A stretch of 64,000 nucleotides of DNA from Halarcobacter sp. (GTDB taxonomy: Bacteria > Campylobacterota > Campylobacteria > Campylobacterales > Arcobacteraceae): NCBI GenBank assembly GCA_048571215.1, contig CP182352.1, positions 1,792,001 to 1,856,000 of the forward strand, written 5' to 3'. The translations under genes were made by a program, and so were the position numbers. Below are positions 39,170 to 48,312 of the stretch, in pieces (the stretch's first letter is position 1; every line of letters starts with the position of its first letter). Under the pieces are notes generated by a model, which did not search any database, was not told where the DNA came from, and was given only the letters and a program-made list of their open reading frames with translations.

Positions 39170-39637
39170 ATGAATGTTTATGAATATGCTATGAAAGTTG
39201 AAAAAGATGGGGAAGCTTATTATAGAGAATTAGCTTCAAAATCACCAAATAATGGTTTAAAAAGAATCTTTACAATGCTTGCTGAAGAGGAAATCAAACA
39301 CTACAATGTTTTTAAAAACATGATGAAAAAAAATGATATAGATTTAGATAAGCTTGATATCATAACTGATACAAAAACAATATTTGAAACCCTATTAAAT
39401 GAAAAAGATAATATCAACTTTAGTGATGAACAAATTGCTTATTATAAAGAGGCTATAAAAAAAGAGGAAAACTCTGAGCAATTTTATTTAGATAAATCAA
39501 AAGAGTTAGAAAATGAAAATGAAAAAGCTATTTTCATAAAAATCGCAGCTGAAGAGGTAAAACATAAAAAAGTTTTAGAAGAGATTGTATTATTTATTCA
39601 AGAACCTGATAACTGGGTAGCTAGTGCAGAGTTTTAG
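39170..39637 (+). CDS. Rubrerythrin/ferritin-like diiron protein
   Basis: Two E..Y...EExxH repeats (AEEEIKH, AAEEVKH). Confidence 0.87.
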   Translation: MNVYEYAMKVEKDGEAYYRELASKSPNNGLKRIFTMLAEEEIKHYNVFKNMMKKNDIDLDKLDIITDTKTIFETLLNEKDNINFSDEQIAYYKEAIKKEENSEQFYLDKSKELENENEKAIFIKIAAEEVKHKKVLEEIVLFIQEPDNWVASAEF

Positions 39638-39641
39638 GATC

Positions 39642-39660
39642 TAAGAGGTTATACCTCTTA
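39642..39660. terminator. Hairpin between convergent genes
   Basis: TAAGAGGT-TAT-ACCTCTTA. Confidence 0.5.
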
Positions 39661-39664
39661 AATC

Positions 39665-39949
39665 TTAAAAAGATGCTAATCTTTGGATTATTTGTTTAAC
39701 TTCTGCTTCATCAAAAAATATATTATTGTGAAGCTCTTTACTTGCATTTTTTATATACTCTAATTTCTTTTGATTTAAACTTTCTTTATCATGTTGATTA
39801 TCATTTATTAAAGCTTTTAAACCATCTTCATAACTTTTTACTAACTCACTTTTTTTCTCATATGAGGGTTTAATTGAAGCTTTTTTATTAGTAAAAATAT
39901 ATAATAAAACACCCCCAACTATTAAAAGTAAAACTATTAATATCTCCAT
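39665..39949 (-). CDS. Hypothetical membrane-anchored protein
   Basis: N-terminal TM, 94 aa. Confidence 0.7.
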   Translation of the reverse strand: MEILIVLLLIVGGVLLYIFTNKKASIKPSYEKKSELVKSYEDGLKALINDNQHDKESLNQKKLEYIKNASKELHNNIFFDEAEVKQIIQRLASF

Positions 39950-39954
39950 AAGTA

Positions 39955-41169
39955 TTATGACTCTTGTGTAGTGTTTTTTACAACTTGTGTTATTGGTCTT
40001 TTATTTAAGGATTTTGCTTCTAATGCAATTGATTCAGCTCTTTTTGCAATAGTTAGTGCTTCTTGTACCATTTTTCTATTTTCACACTCAATTGCTAAGT
40101 TATCAACCCTTTCTATTAATGTTCTAAACTCCATATGTCCTAAAACATCTAAAACCCCAGGTGATTTTGATACAAACTCTATATGATCTGAATCTCTCCA
40201 ATTATTTGTTAAAGACTCATCAATATATTTTTTATACTCATTTTCAATTTTTGTAGGATTTGCAATAAAGGCCAAATCTAAATTAAGATTATCTTTTTTG
40301 TTAAATAGTTGATTATATAGTTGTTGGAGATACTCTTCTTTTGTTAGAGTTGAAATATAATCATATACTATTTGCTCTTCATTGTATTCTAACATATGTT
40401 CTAATATCAAAATTGAAACTTCATGCTTTTTACTTGTAAATATAGCCTCAAGTTTTTCATTACAAAAGGTATATACTTGTTTAGCATCCTCTTTTGATAA
40501 TTTCTTTATAAATTTATATAAATCAAGATTATATGTAAAGCTAAACTTATCAAGGGTATCAAAAAGTTTTTCTAGAATTAGTGAAGGGTTTTGTGTAGAA
40601 TTTGCATACTTAACAATACTAGTTACATTTTCTAACTCTTGTTCATCAAAATGGCTACTTTGAATATAATAAATAATCTCTTCATATAAATTGACTTCCA
40701 ATAACTCTTTTGCTTTTGTTTCATAAAAAGAGCTTAACTGGGTATTTGTAAATTTTTTTGAACCTTGTGCCAATTTTTCATATTTTTTTGAGATGTCTTG
40801 ATATTTTTCAATTTTTTCACAAATAGGTAAATTTGATAAAAGTTTTGATGTTCTTAAAAGTATATGCTCTTTTGCTGCATCTAAAAGTTGAGCTACTTGT
40901 TCTCCCCTTTTTGGCAATTCAATAACAAGTTTTGATATTTTTTTATTATATTCATCAAAATCTTTTACATCTTGAAGATTCTCAATAAGCTTTATTGTAT
41001 TTGCTATTTTTATATTTCTTTGTATATAAAAATATATTGCAAATAATACAAATAAAACTATGGTTACTACTATTAAAGATTCGTTTGGTGCTTGTTTAAA
41101 AATTTCTACTATATTATAATTTGAGTCTTTTATAATCTTTATAAAATCACTAAATGGCATAATGTTCAT
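39955..41169 (-). CDS. Hypothetical protein with N-terminal TM
   Basis: 404-aa ORF with AAGGA RBS. Confidence 0.8.
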   Translation of the reverse strand: MNIMPFSDFIKIIKDSNYNIVEIFKQAPNESLIVVTIVLFVLFAIYFYIQRNIKIANTIKLIENLQDVKDFDEYNKKISKLVIELPKRGEQVAQLLDAAKEHILLRTSKLLSNLPICEKIEKYQDISKKYEKLAQGSKKFTNTQLSSFYETKAKELLEVNLYEEIIYYIQSSHFDEQELENVTSIVKYANSTQNPSLILEKLFDTLDKFSFTYNLDLYKFIKKLSKEDAKQVYTFCNEKLEAIFTSKKHEVSILILEHMLEYNEEQIVYDYISTLTKEEYLQQLYNQLFNKKDNLNLDLAFIANPTKIENEYKKYIDESLTNNWRDSDHIEFVSKSPGVLDVLGHMEFRTLIERVDNLAIECENRKMVQEALTIAKRAESIALEAKSLNKRPITQVVKNTTQES

Positions 41170-41281
41170 ATGATTCCTTTAATTAAATATGAACATATAG
41201 TATACTGTAAAAAGTTTAAGATTAATAGAAAATTTAATTATTTTATCTTTTAAAAGAGTTTAAGTAACTTTTTGAAAATGA

Positions 41282-41839
41282 CTACTTTTTTAAGACATTT
41301 TCTAAATCTACTGCATCAACTTCTCCAATATACTTTCTTATATACTTTCCATCTTTAGAATAAAGAAAAGACTCTGGAACTTTCTTTACATCATCTAAAA
41401 GCTTTGCAAGTCTAAAGTTTTCTTCACCTATAACTACAGGAAATTTTATATTATGTTTTTTTATGAAATCTTTTAATTCATCTATATTTTTATCATGTTC
41501 ATATAAAACACCAATTATTTCAAACTTATCTTTGTATTTTTCATAAATTCTATTAAAAGTTGGTATCTCTTTAATACAAGGTGGACACCAAGTAGCCCAA
41601 AAATTAACTAAAACATATTTACCATTTAAAGTTTTTGAACTTAAAATACCATTTTCTATTGTTAATTCTAATTTTTTATTGTCAAGTTTTGTTAATTTGA
41701 AATTTTTATTACTCTCTTTTTTTAATTGGCTAAAACTTTTACTATCATCTACTATGGTTTTAGCTTCATCTTCTGAACTACAAGCAGCAAAAAATCCAAT
41801 TACAACAAATAAAAATGCAAATTTTAAAAATAATTTCAC
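41282..41839 (-). CDS. TlpA family thioredoxin-like lipoprotein
   Basis: Lipobox FAAC, VNFWATWCPPC. Confidence 0.9.
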   Translation of the reverse strand: MKLFLKFAFLFVVIGFFAACSSEDEAKTIVDDSKSFSQLKKESNKNFKLTKLDNKKLELTIENGILSSKTLNGKYVLVNFWATWCPPCIKEIPTFNRIYEKYKDKFEIIGVLYEHDKNIDELKDFIKKHNIKFPVVIGEENFRLAKLLDDVKKVPESFLYSKDGKYIRKYIGEVDAVDLENVLKK

Positions 41840-42277
41840 TTAAACTTCCTTATATTCTGTTTTTTTATTTTTACCAATAATCAATAAAATTAAAATTAAA
41901 ATATATGAACTCAATGATAAAAATGGTATATTTATAAATCCAAAATAATTAAAATATTCTGTAGAACATGGGACACCTTGTCTACACGGAACTATTGATT
42001 CTGGAATAATTCCCCACATTAATAGATTGTGATAAATAGAGATTCCCAAACCTACTAAAATCAAGCTAAATGCATATTTAAATACTTTATCATCAGGATA
42101 AAGCAGATTTACTAAAAATATTAAAACCAAAGGATATAAGAATATTCTTTGATACCAACACATGGTACATGGTATAAACTCCATAACCTCACTAAAAAAA
42201 AGAGAACCTAAAGTTGCAACTGAAGCCACTAAAAAACATAAAAAGATTATTGTTTGATTTATATTATTTTTTGACAT
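41840..42277 (-). CDS. dsbB: Disulfide bond formation protein DsbB/BdbC
   Basis: PCTMCWYQR, second Cys pair, four TM segments. Confidence 0.88.
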   Translation of the reverse strand: MSKNNINQTIIFLCFLVASVATLGSLFFSEVMEFIPCTMCWYQRIFLYPLVLIFLVNLLYPDDKVFKYAFSLILVGLGISIYHNLLMWGIIPESIVPCRQGVPCSTEYFNYFGFINIPFLSLSSYILILILLIIGKNKKTEYKEV

Positions 42278-42330
42278 ATATTTCCTGTTTTTTTAATATT
42301 ATATCAATAAGTTTGTGTAGAAGATGTGGA

Positions 42331-43326
42331 TTATTTTTGATTTAAATATGCTGTTCTTATCTCTTTTGCTAATTGATAAACACCCATCACATAATAAACA
42401 CTTCTATTGTATTTACTTATCACTTTATAATTTTTTGTACCATACCATAATTCATCATAATTTTCCCTACTTAGTTTTAATAAATAAACCTTATCATTAT
42501 AAAAAAAGTCTTTAGATTTTGGTTTTATACCTTTTAAATCTTTCCTATCATAGTTTTGATTTAATCCAGTCTTATATTTTGTAAATCTATTTCCCTTATA
42601 TGAAACTCTAGTTGCAACAGGGATTTTTGAGTTCCAACCAAGTTTCTTTAAGAAGTTAGCTATACTTCCTATAGCATCAGCACCATTATTTAAATCAATT
42701 TTCCCATCATTATCAAAATCTACTGCATATGCCATAAAGCTACTTGGCATAAATTGAGCTAAACCAATAGCTCCTGCAAAAGAACCCTTTTGAGTAGCTA
42801 TATCAATTTTGTTTTCTTTTGCTAAAGTTAAATATGCTTTTAATTGCCTTTTGAAAAATTTATTTCGTCTATTTTTTTTAAAAGCTAAGCTTGTTAAACA
42901 ATCAAATACATTTTGCCTTCCCATATATGAGCCAAAATGGGTTTCTATACCTATAATAGCAGTTATATATGTTGAAGGTATTTTATACTCTTTTTGAGCT
43001 TTTAAAAAATATTTTCTATATTTTTGCATAAACTTCAAACCATTTTTTACTCTTTGTTCATTTATAATTTTATTTTCATATTTATCCCAACTTGCTAAAA
43101 AAGTACCCTTAACTTCAAAATCTTTTTTTACCTCTTTTGTATAATAATCTAAAGAAAGTTTTTGCACTTCAACTTTAGAAAAGAGTTTCAAAAGAGATTT
43201 TTTTGTGTAACTAGACTCTTTTGAAAACGATTCAATAAACCTTTTAACATCCTCATTTTTTGTAAAATCTTCAATTTTTGCATCTAAAAATGAAAAAAAG
43301 AGTATTAAATATATAAACAATTTCAT
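42331..43326 (-). CDS. mltB: Lytic murein transglycosylase (MltB family)
   Basis: AIIGIETHFG, GSFAGAIGLAQFMPSS, DFDNDG, YNRS. Confidence 0.9.
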   Translation of the reverse strand: MKLFIYLILFFSFLDAKIEDFTKNEDVKRFIESFSKESSYTKKSLLKLFSKVEVQKLSLDYYTKEVKKDFEVKGTFLASWDKYENKIINEQRVKNGLKFMQKYRKYFLKAQKEYKIPSTYITAIIGIETHFGSYMGRQNVFDCLTSLAFKKNRRNKFFKRQLKAYLTLAKENKIDIATQKGSFAGAIGLAQFMPSSFMAYAVDFDNDGKIDLNNGADAIGSIANFLKKLGWNSKIPVATRVSYKGNRFTKYKTGLNQNYDRKDLKGIKPKSKDFFYNDKVYLLKLSRENYDELWYGTKNYKVISKYNRSVYYVMGVYQLAKEIRTAYLNQK

Positions 43327-43327
43327 A

Positions 43328-44263
43328 CTATTTTCTTATTGAACTTGCAGTTAAAAAAATATAATATTTACCTGTTAAGGTGACACGAAACTTTTTTTGT
43401 TGCAGATATTTTTTACAAAACATCGCATCTTTATATAAAACTGACATCTCTGAATAGGAATAATTAGCTGCTTTTGCTCCATAAATCAACTCTCCATCAA
43501 GCCATCTACAATTTGGAAAACCTAAAATCATCGCTCCATCTTTTTTTAAATAATTTTGAACTGTAGACATAAATATTTCATTAAAATTTAAATTTGAACT
43601 TTGTAGAGTTCCAATTGAAATAATCAAATCAAATCTACCTAAATCAAGTGCTTTCAAATCATTTATATCGTGGCAATAAAATTTACAATTTTTATCTTCT
43701 TTAAAAAGCTCTTTTGCTTTAGCAATTGCACTTTGGCTATAATCAATCCCTACAAATTCTATCTTAGAAAAAAAAGCAAAACAATCCTTAATAAGTTTAA
43801 ACTCACTACCACTATTTATTCCAAGATTTAATACTCTAGCTCTTTTTTCAATTTTTACTTCACTTAAAGCTTTTAGATATGTACTTAGTATTTCAGGTTC
43901 TTCGTTTTTATTTATAGAGTTAAACTGTGAAGAAACACCATATTTTTCACTACTTTTATCTTCCATATGAAAAGAGTTATTTAAATTGAGTTTTCGAAAC
44001 CTAATTACCACACTATTTTCATCAAGAAATCTAGGTATTAACATCTTGCAAAAAAGCTTTTGAGCTAAATCATTCCAAGAGTTAAGTGACCTATAAATAT
44101 GTATTTTTCCATCTATTTCAATATTAGTTCCAGAATATATAGAATCACCAAAATCAGGATTTAATACTTGAAATTCAATTATTTCATCACTATTCATTTT
44201 TTTAAGATTATCTCTTAAAATATTATAAATATAAAACATTGGTTCATTTGTAAATTTAATCAT
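43328..44263 (-). CDS. SAM-dependent methyltransferase domain protein
   Basis: VLNLGINSG, GIDYS, FDLIISIG. Confidence 0.8.
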   Translation of the reverse strand: MIKFTNEPMFYIYNILRDNLKKMNSDEIIEFQVLNPDFGDSIYSGTNIEIDGKIHIYRSLNSWNDLAQKLFCKMLIPRFLDENSVVIRFRKLNLNNSFHMEDKSSEKYGVSSQFNSINKNEEPEILSTYLKALSEVKIEKRARVLNLGINSGSEFKLIKDCFAFFSKIEFVGIDYSQSAIAKAKELFKEDKNCKFYCHDINDLKALDLGRFDLIISIGTLQSSNLNFNEIFMSTVQNYLKKDGAMILGFPNCRWLDGELIYGAKAANYSYSEMSVLYKDAMFCKKYLQQKKFRVTLTGKYYIFLTASSIRK

Positions 44264-44396
44264 TTTGTATTATAACAATTTTTTTTATATAAGATATTAG
44301 GTGGTAAATATAAGACTTACTTATATTAATATTTAATTAAATTTTAGCTATAATCTTTTTTTATAATATAATTGTAATATACTAAATAGGTCAAAA

Positions 44397-46319
44397 ATGA
44401 TATTTCAAAATGAAAAAAAACTTTTAAAAATAATTAAATACACCCCTTCAATATTTATTATTGTTATCTCAATTATAATCCTTTCTTTACAATTTATTGA
44501 AAAAAATAGCTCAATACAAAAAGAGAAATATAGAATAAAACAAGAGTATAAAAATAAAAATAAAGAGATTATCAAACAAAGAGTCAACGAGGTTTATAAC
44601 TATATAAAAAGAGAAAAAGAATTAACTACTATACAATTAAAAAAATCTTTGAAAGATGAACTTACAAATGCTTATAATATTGCAAATGCAATTTATGAAA
44701 AAAATAAAGACCTACCCAAAGAAAAAATCAAAAAAATTATAATAGAAGCTTTAAGAGAGATAAGATTCAACAATAACAGAGGTTATTTTTTTATTTATGA
44801 AAAAAGTGGAATTAATCTATTACTTCCTCATAATCCTGAACTTGAAGGAAAAGACTTTTTAAATCACAAAGATTCTAAAGGAACCTTGATAATTCAAAAT
44901 ATGATTAAAATACTTTCAAAAAAAAATGAGAGTTATTATGAATGGTTTTGGTATAACCCCATTAGTCCTGATATTATGAGAAAAAAAATTGGTTTAGTTA
45001 AAAACTTTAAACCCTTTAATTGGTTTATAGGAACAGGAGAATATATTGAAGATTTTGAAAAAGAGGTTCAAGAAAAAGTTTTAAGAAATATAAAAGAGAT
45101 GAGATTTGGGAAAAATGGCTACATATTTATAATAAGATATGATACCGTTTATTTAAGTCATATTAGAAAAAACTTTATTGGAAACAGTGCAGTTAAAAAT
45201 AATGATACTATTAGTATTAAAAAAGTAATTAAAGATCTTGTAAAGATTGCAAAAAAAGGTGAAGGTTACTATACCTATGTTCAAAATAAAAAGCCAGATA
45301 ACAATAGAACTATTTATAAAACTAGTTATGTAAAAGGTTTCAATGATTGGAAATGGATGATAGGTACAGGATATTATGAAGATGATATTAATAATCAAAT
45401 AGAATTAAGGAAAAAACAATTAGATGAAAACTTTAGAAAATCTGCAATACAAATAATAAAATATGCAGGGATACTAATAGTCTTACTTCTTTTGTGTTCG
45501 ATTTATTTTTCAAAAATATTACAAAGAAGATTTGAAAAATATAAAGATGAAATAAACCTACATATAAAAGAAAGTAATAAACAACAAAACTTAATAGCTC
45601 ACCAATCAAAAATGGCTGCAATGGGTGAGATGATAGGTAATATTGCACATCAATGGAGACAACCCTTATCTACAATAACAACAACAGCGACAGGATTAAA
45701 ACTTCAAAAAGAGATGGATTTATTAAAAGATGATTTTTTAATAGAAGGATTAGATGGGATAAATAACTCAGCTCAATACCTTTCTCAAACTATAGATGAT
45801 TTTAGAAACTTCTTTAAATCTGACAATAAAGTAGAAAACTTTGAAATAAGTGAAGTTATCAACAAAGCACTTGCTTTAGTTAGTGTGCAATTTCACAACA
45901 GTAATATAGAGATAATTAAAAAAATAGAAAAAATAGAATTAAAAGGGTATCCAAATCAATTAATTCAAGTAATAATTAACCTTTTAAATAATGCAAAAGA
46001 TGAATTGATAAAAAAGAAAGCAGATGAAAGAAAAATTATTTATATAAATATTTTTAAAAATAATTTTAAAATACATATTCAAATTAAAGATAATGCAGGT
46101 GGAATTCCAGAAGAGATTATCTCAAGAATTTTTGAGCCATATTTTACTACAAAGTATAAATCACAAGGTACAGGTATAGGTTTATTTATGAGTAGAGAAA
46201 TTATTATTAAAAATATGTTTGGTTCCATTGAAGTTGAAAACTATATGCTTAAAGATAAAAATATTGAATACAAAGGTGCTCTATTTGAAATAATACTACC
46301 TTTAGATATTACTATATAA
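44397..46319 (+). CDS. Double-Cache sensor histidine kinase
   Basis: Two Cache repeats (GYFFIY..W.IGTG.Y), IAHQWRQPL, GTGIGL. Confidence 0.9.
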   Translation: MIFQNEKKLLKIIKYTPSIFIIVISIIILSLQFIEKNSSIQKEKYRIKQEYKNKNKEIIKQRVNEVYNYIKREKELTTIQLKKSLKDELTNAYNIANAIYEKNKDLPKEKIKKIIIEALREIRFNNNRGYFFIYEKSGINLLLPHNPELEGKDFLNHKDSKGTLIIQNMIKILSKKNESYYEWFWYNPISPDIMRKKIGLVKNFKPFNWFIGTGEYIEDFEKEVQEKVLRNIKEMRFGKNGYIFIIRYDTVYLSHIRKNFIGNSAVKNNDTISIKKVIKDLVKIAKKGEGYYTYVQNKKPDNNRTIYKTSYVKGFNDWKWMIGTGYYEDDINNQIELRKKQLDENFRKSAIQIIKYAGILIVLLLLCSIYFSKILQRRFEKYKDEINLHIKESNKQQNLIAHQSKMAAMGEMIGNIAHQWRQPLSTITTTATGLKLQKEMDLLKDDFLIEGLDGINNSAQYLSQTIDDFRNFFKSDNKVENFEISEVINKALALVSVQFHNSNIEIIKKIEKIELKGYPNQLIQVIINLLNNAKDELIKKKADERKIIYINIFKNNFKIHIQIKDNAGGIPEEIISRIFEPYFTTKYKSQGTGIGLFMSREIIIKNMFGSIEVENYMLKDKNIEYKGALFEIILPLDITI

Positions 46320-46438
46320 AATTATTTTATTTTTTTAAATACACTATTTTTTATACAGAAATAAATGAATACTTAATCATAAATTGATTACAATATCAAC
46401 AATATATATAAGTTATGCCTAAAATTAAAGGAGCAGAA

Positions 46439-47674
46439 ATGTTTGGTAATGTTTCTAATAAAGATTTAAAAATAATAGATGATTATTTTGTACAATTACT
46501 AGATTATAGCCGATATAAGAAGAATCGATTTGATTATATAAAATCAACAGGTAATAAAAGAATAGATACATTGCTTACAAAATGGAATAGTTTAATCGAA
46601 GCTGCGGATAAAGATATTAAAAATGATATGAAAGTTATTGGTGAGGTTGTTCTAACTTCAGATAAAGTTGATCAAGGTATTTATAAATGTAGAATTAAAT
46701 CTACTTCAACAAACCCAATGATTGCAACATTAATTAAAACTATGAATACAATGCTTGATAGTCTAAATGATTCTACAAGTAGAATATTAAGAGTTATGAA
46801 TAGCTATACTAATAATGACTTTAGGGACAAAATCAATATAAATCCTAGAACTAAAGATGAACTTTTAGAATTAATGCAAAGTATTAATATCTTAGGTGAA
46901 GCCTTAGGTGAAGCTGCAAAAATGAACTTAGAAAATGGTCAAACTTTAGAAAACAACTCTTCAACTATGACAGCATCTATGAATAATTTAGCAGCAAAAG
47001 CAAATGAACAAGCAGCTTCACTAGAACAAACGGCAGCTGCCTTAGAGGAGATTACAAGTATTACAAGAAGTAATGCTGACAATGCTTCAAAAATGGCTAC
47101 CCTAGGACAAACGGTTAAAAACTCTGTAAATGTAGGAGAAGATCTTGCTGCAAAAACAGCCTCTTCAATGGAAGAGATAAATGAAAAAGTTACAGCAATC
47201 AATGAAGCAATAACAGTAATAGACCAAATTGCCTTTCAAACAAACATTTTATCACTAAATGCAGCAGTTGAAGCAGCAACGGCAGGTGAAGCTGGAAAAG
47301 GTTTTGCAGTTGTTGCAGCAGAAGTAAGAAACTTAGCCTCAAGAAGTGCAGAAGCAGCAAAAGAGATTAAAAATTTAGTTGAAGATGCTAATAATAAAGC
47401 AAATGAAGGTAAATCTATCTCAGCAGATATGATTAATGGATATGAACAATTAAATAAACATATTTCTGAAACGATACATATTATTGAAGATGTTAGTACA
47501 GCTTCAAAAGAACAGATGACAGGAATCGAACAAATAAATGATGCAATGAATATGTTAGATAAAGTTACTCAAGAAAATGCAAATGAAGCTAACAATGTAA
47601 AATCTATATCTAAAGCAGTATTTAAAATGGCAAATGAATTAGTAAATGATGCTCAAAATAAACAATTTAATTAA
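46439..47674 (+). CDS. Methyl-accepting chemotaxis protein (no obvious TM)
   Basis: [37 protein letters not shown]; start after AAGGAG. Confidence 0.92.
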   Translation: MFGNVSNKDLKIIDDYFVQLLDYSRYKKNRFDYIKSTGNKRIDTLLTKWNSLIEAADKDIKNDMKVIGEVVLTSDKVDQGIYKCRIKSTSTNPMIATLIKTMNTMLDSLNDSTSRILRVMNSYTNNDFRDKININPRTKDELLELMQSINILGEALGEAAKMNLENGQTLENNSSTMTASMNNLAAKANEQAASLEQTAAALEEITSITRSNADNASKMATLGQTVKNSVNVGEDLAAKTASSMEEINEKVTAINEAITVIDQIAFQTNILSLNAAVEAATAGEAGKGFAVVAAEVRNLASRSAEAAKEIKNLVEDANNKANEGKSISADMINGYEQLNKHISETIHIIEDVSTASKEQMTGIEQINDAMNMLDKVTQENANEANNVKSISKAVFKMANELVNDAQNKQFN

Positions 47675-47690
47675 CTAGTAGGAGATTATT

Positions 47691-48095
47691 ATGGCAACAG
47701 GACAAGAAACAGTATTGGATGAATATGCCTTTCTAGTAAGTGAAACAAATGAAAAAGGAATTATAACTTTTGCTAATGACGATTTTTGTAAAATTGCAGA
47801 ATATGAATTAGATGAACTTATAGGAAAACCTCACAATTTAGTTAGAAGTCAAACTATGCCTAAAAAAGCTTTTAAAAGCTTATGGGACACAGTACAAAAA
47901 GATGAAGTTTGGACAGGACTTGTGAAAAACTCTACAAAATCAGGTGGATTTTATTGGGTATTTGCAACGGTTTATCCTTTTGAGAGTTATGATGGTTCTA
48001 GAGGATACTTATCGTGTAGAAGAAAACCAACAAAAGATGAGATAGCCCAAGCAGAAGAACTTTATATTCAATGGAATAAGCAAGAGGGAAAATAA
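47691..48095 (+). CDS. Stand-alone Aer-type PAS protein (CetB-like)
   Basis: VSETNEKGIITFAN..F...ELIGKPHNLVR...F..LW. Confidence 0.87.
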   Translation: MATGQETVLDEYAFLVSETNEKGIITFANDDFCKIAEYELDELIGKPHNLVRSQTMPKKAFKSLWDTVQKDEVWTGLVKNSTKSGGFYWVFATVYPFESYDGSRGYLSCRRKPTKDEIAQAEELYIQWNKQEGK

Positions 48096-48312
48096 GTTAT
48101 AAAAACTCTATTTTATAAATTTCAAATCCTTTTATTTTGTTTCTATTATTTGTAAACTTAAACTACTTTTTTCCTCAAAACTTATAAAAAAATATATAAT
48201 TTTTATTATAGTTATATAATATTTTGATAAAATTAACACTTATATCACGGGTTATGGTATATGTTTAATTTACAAATAAATATTTTATATTTAAAATACT
48301 CAAAGGCCAAAA

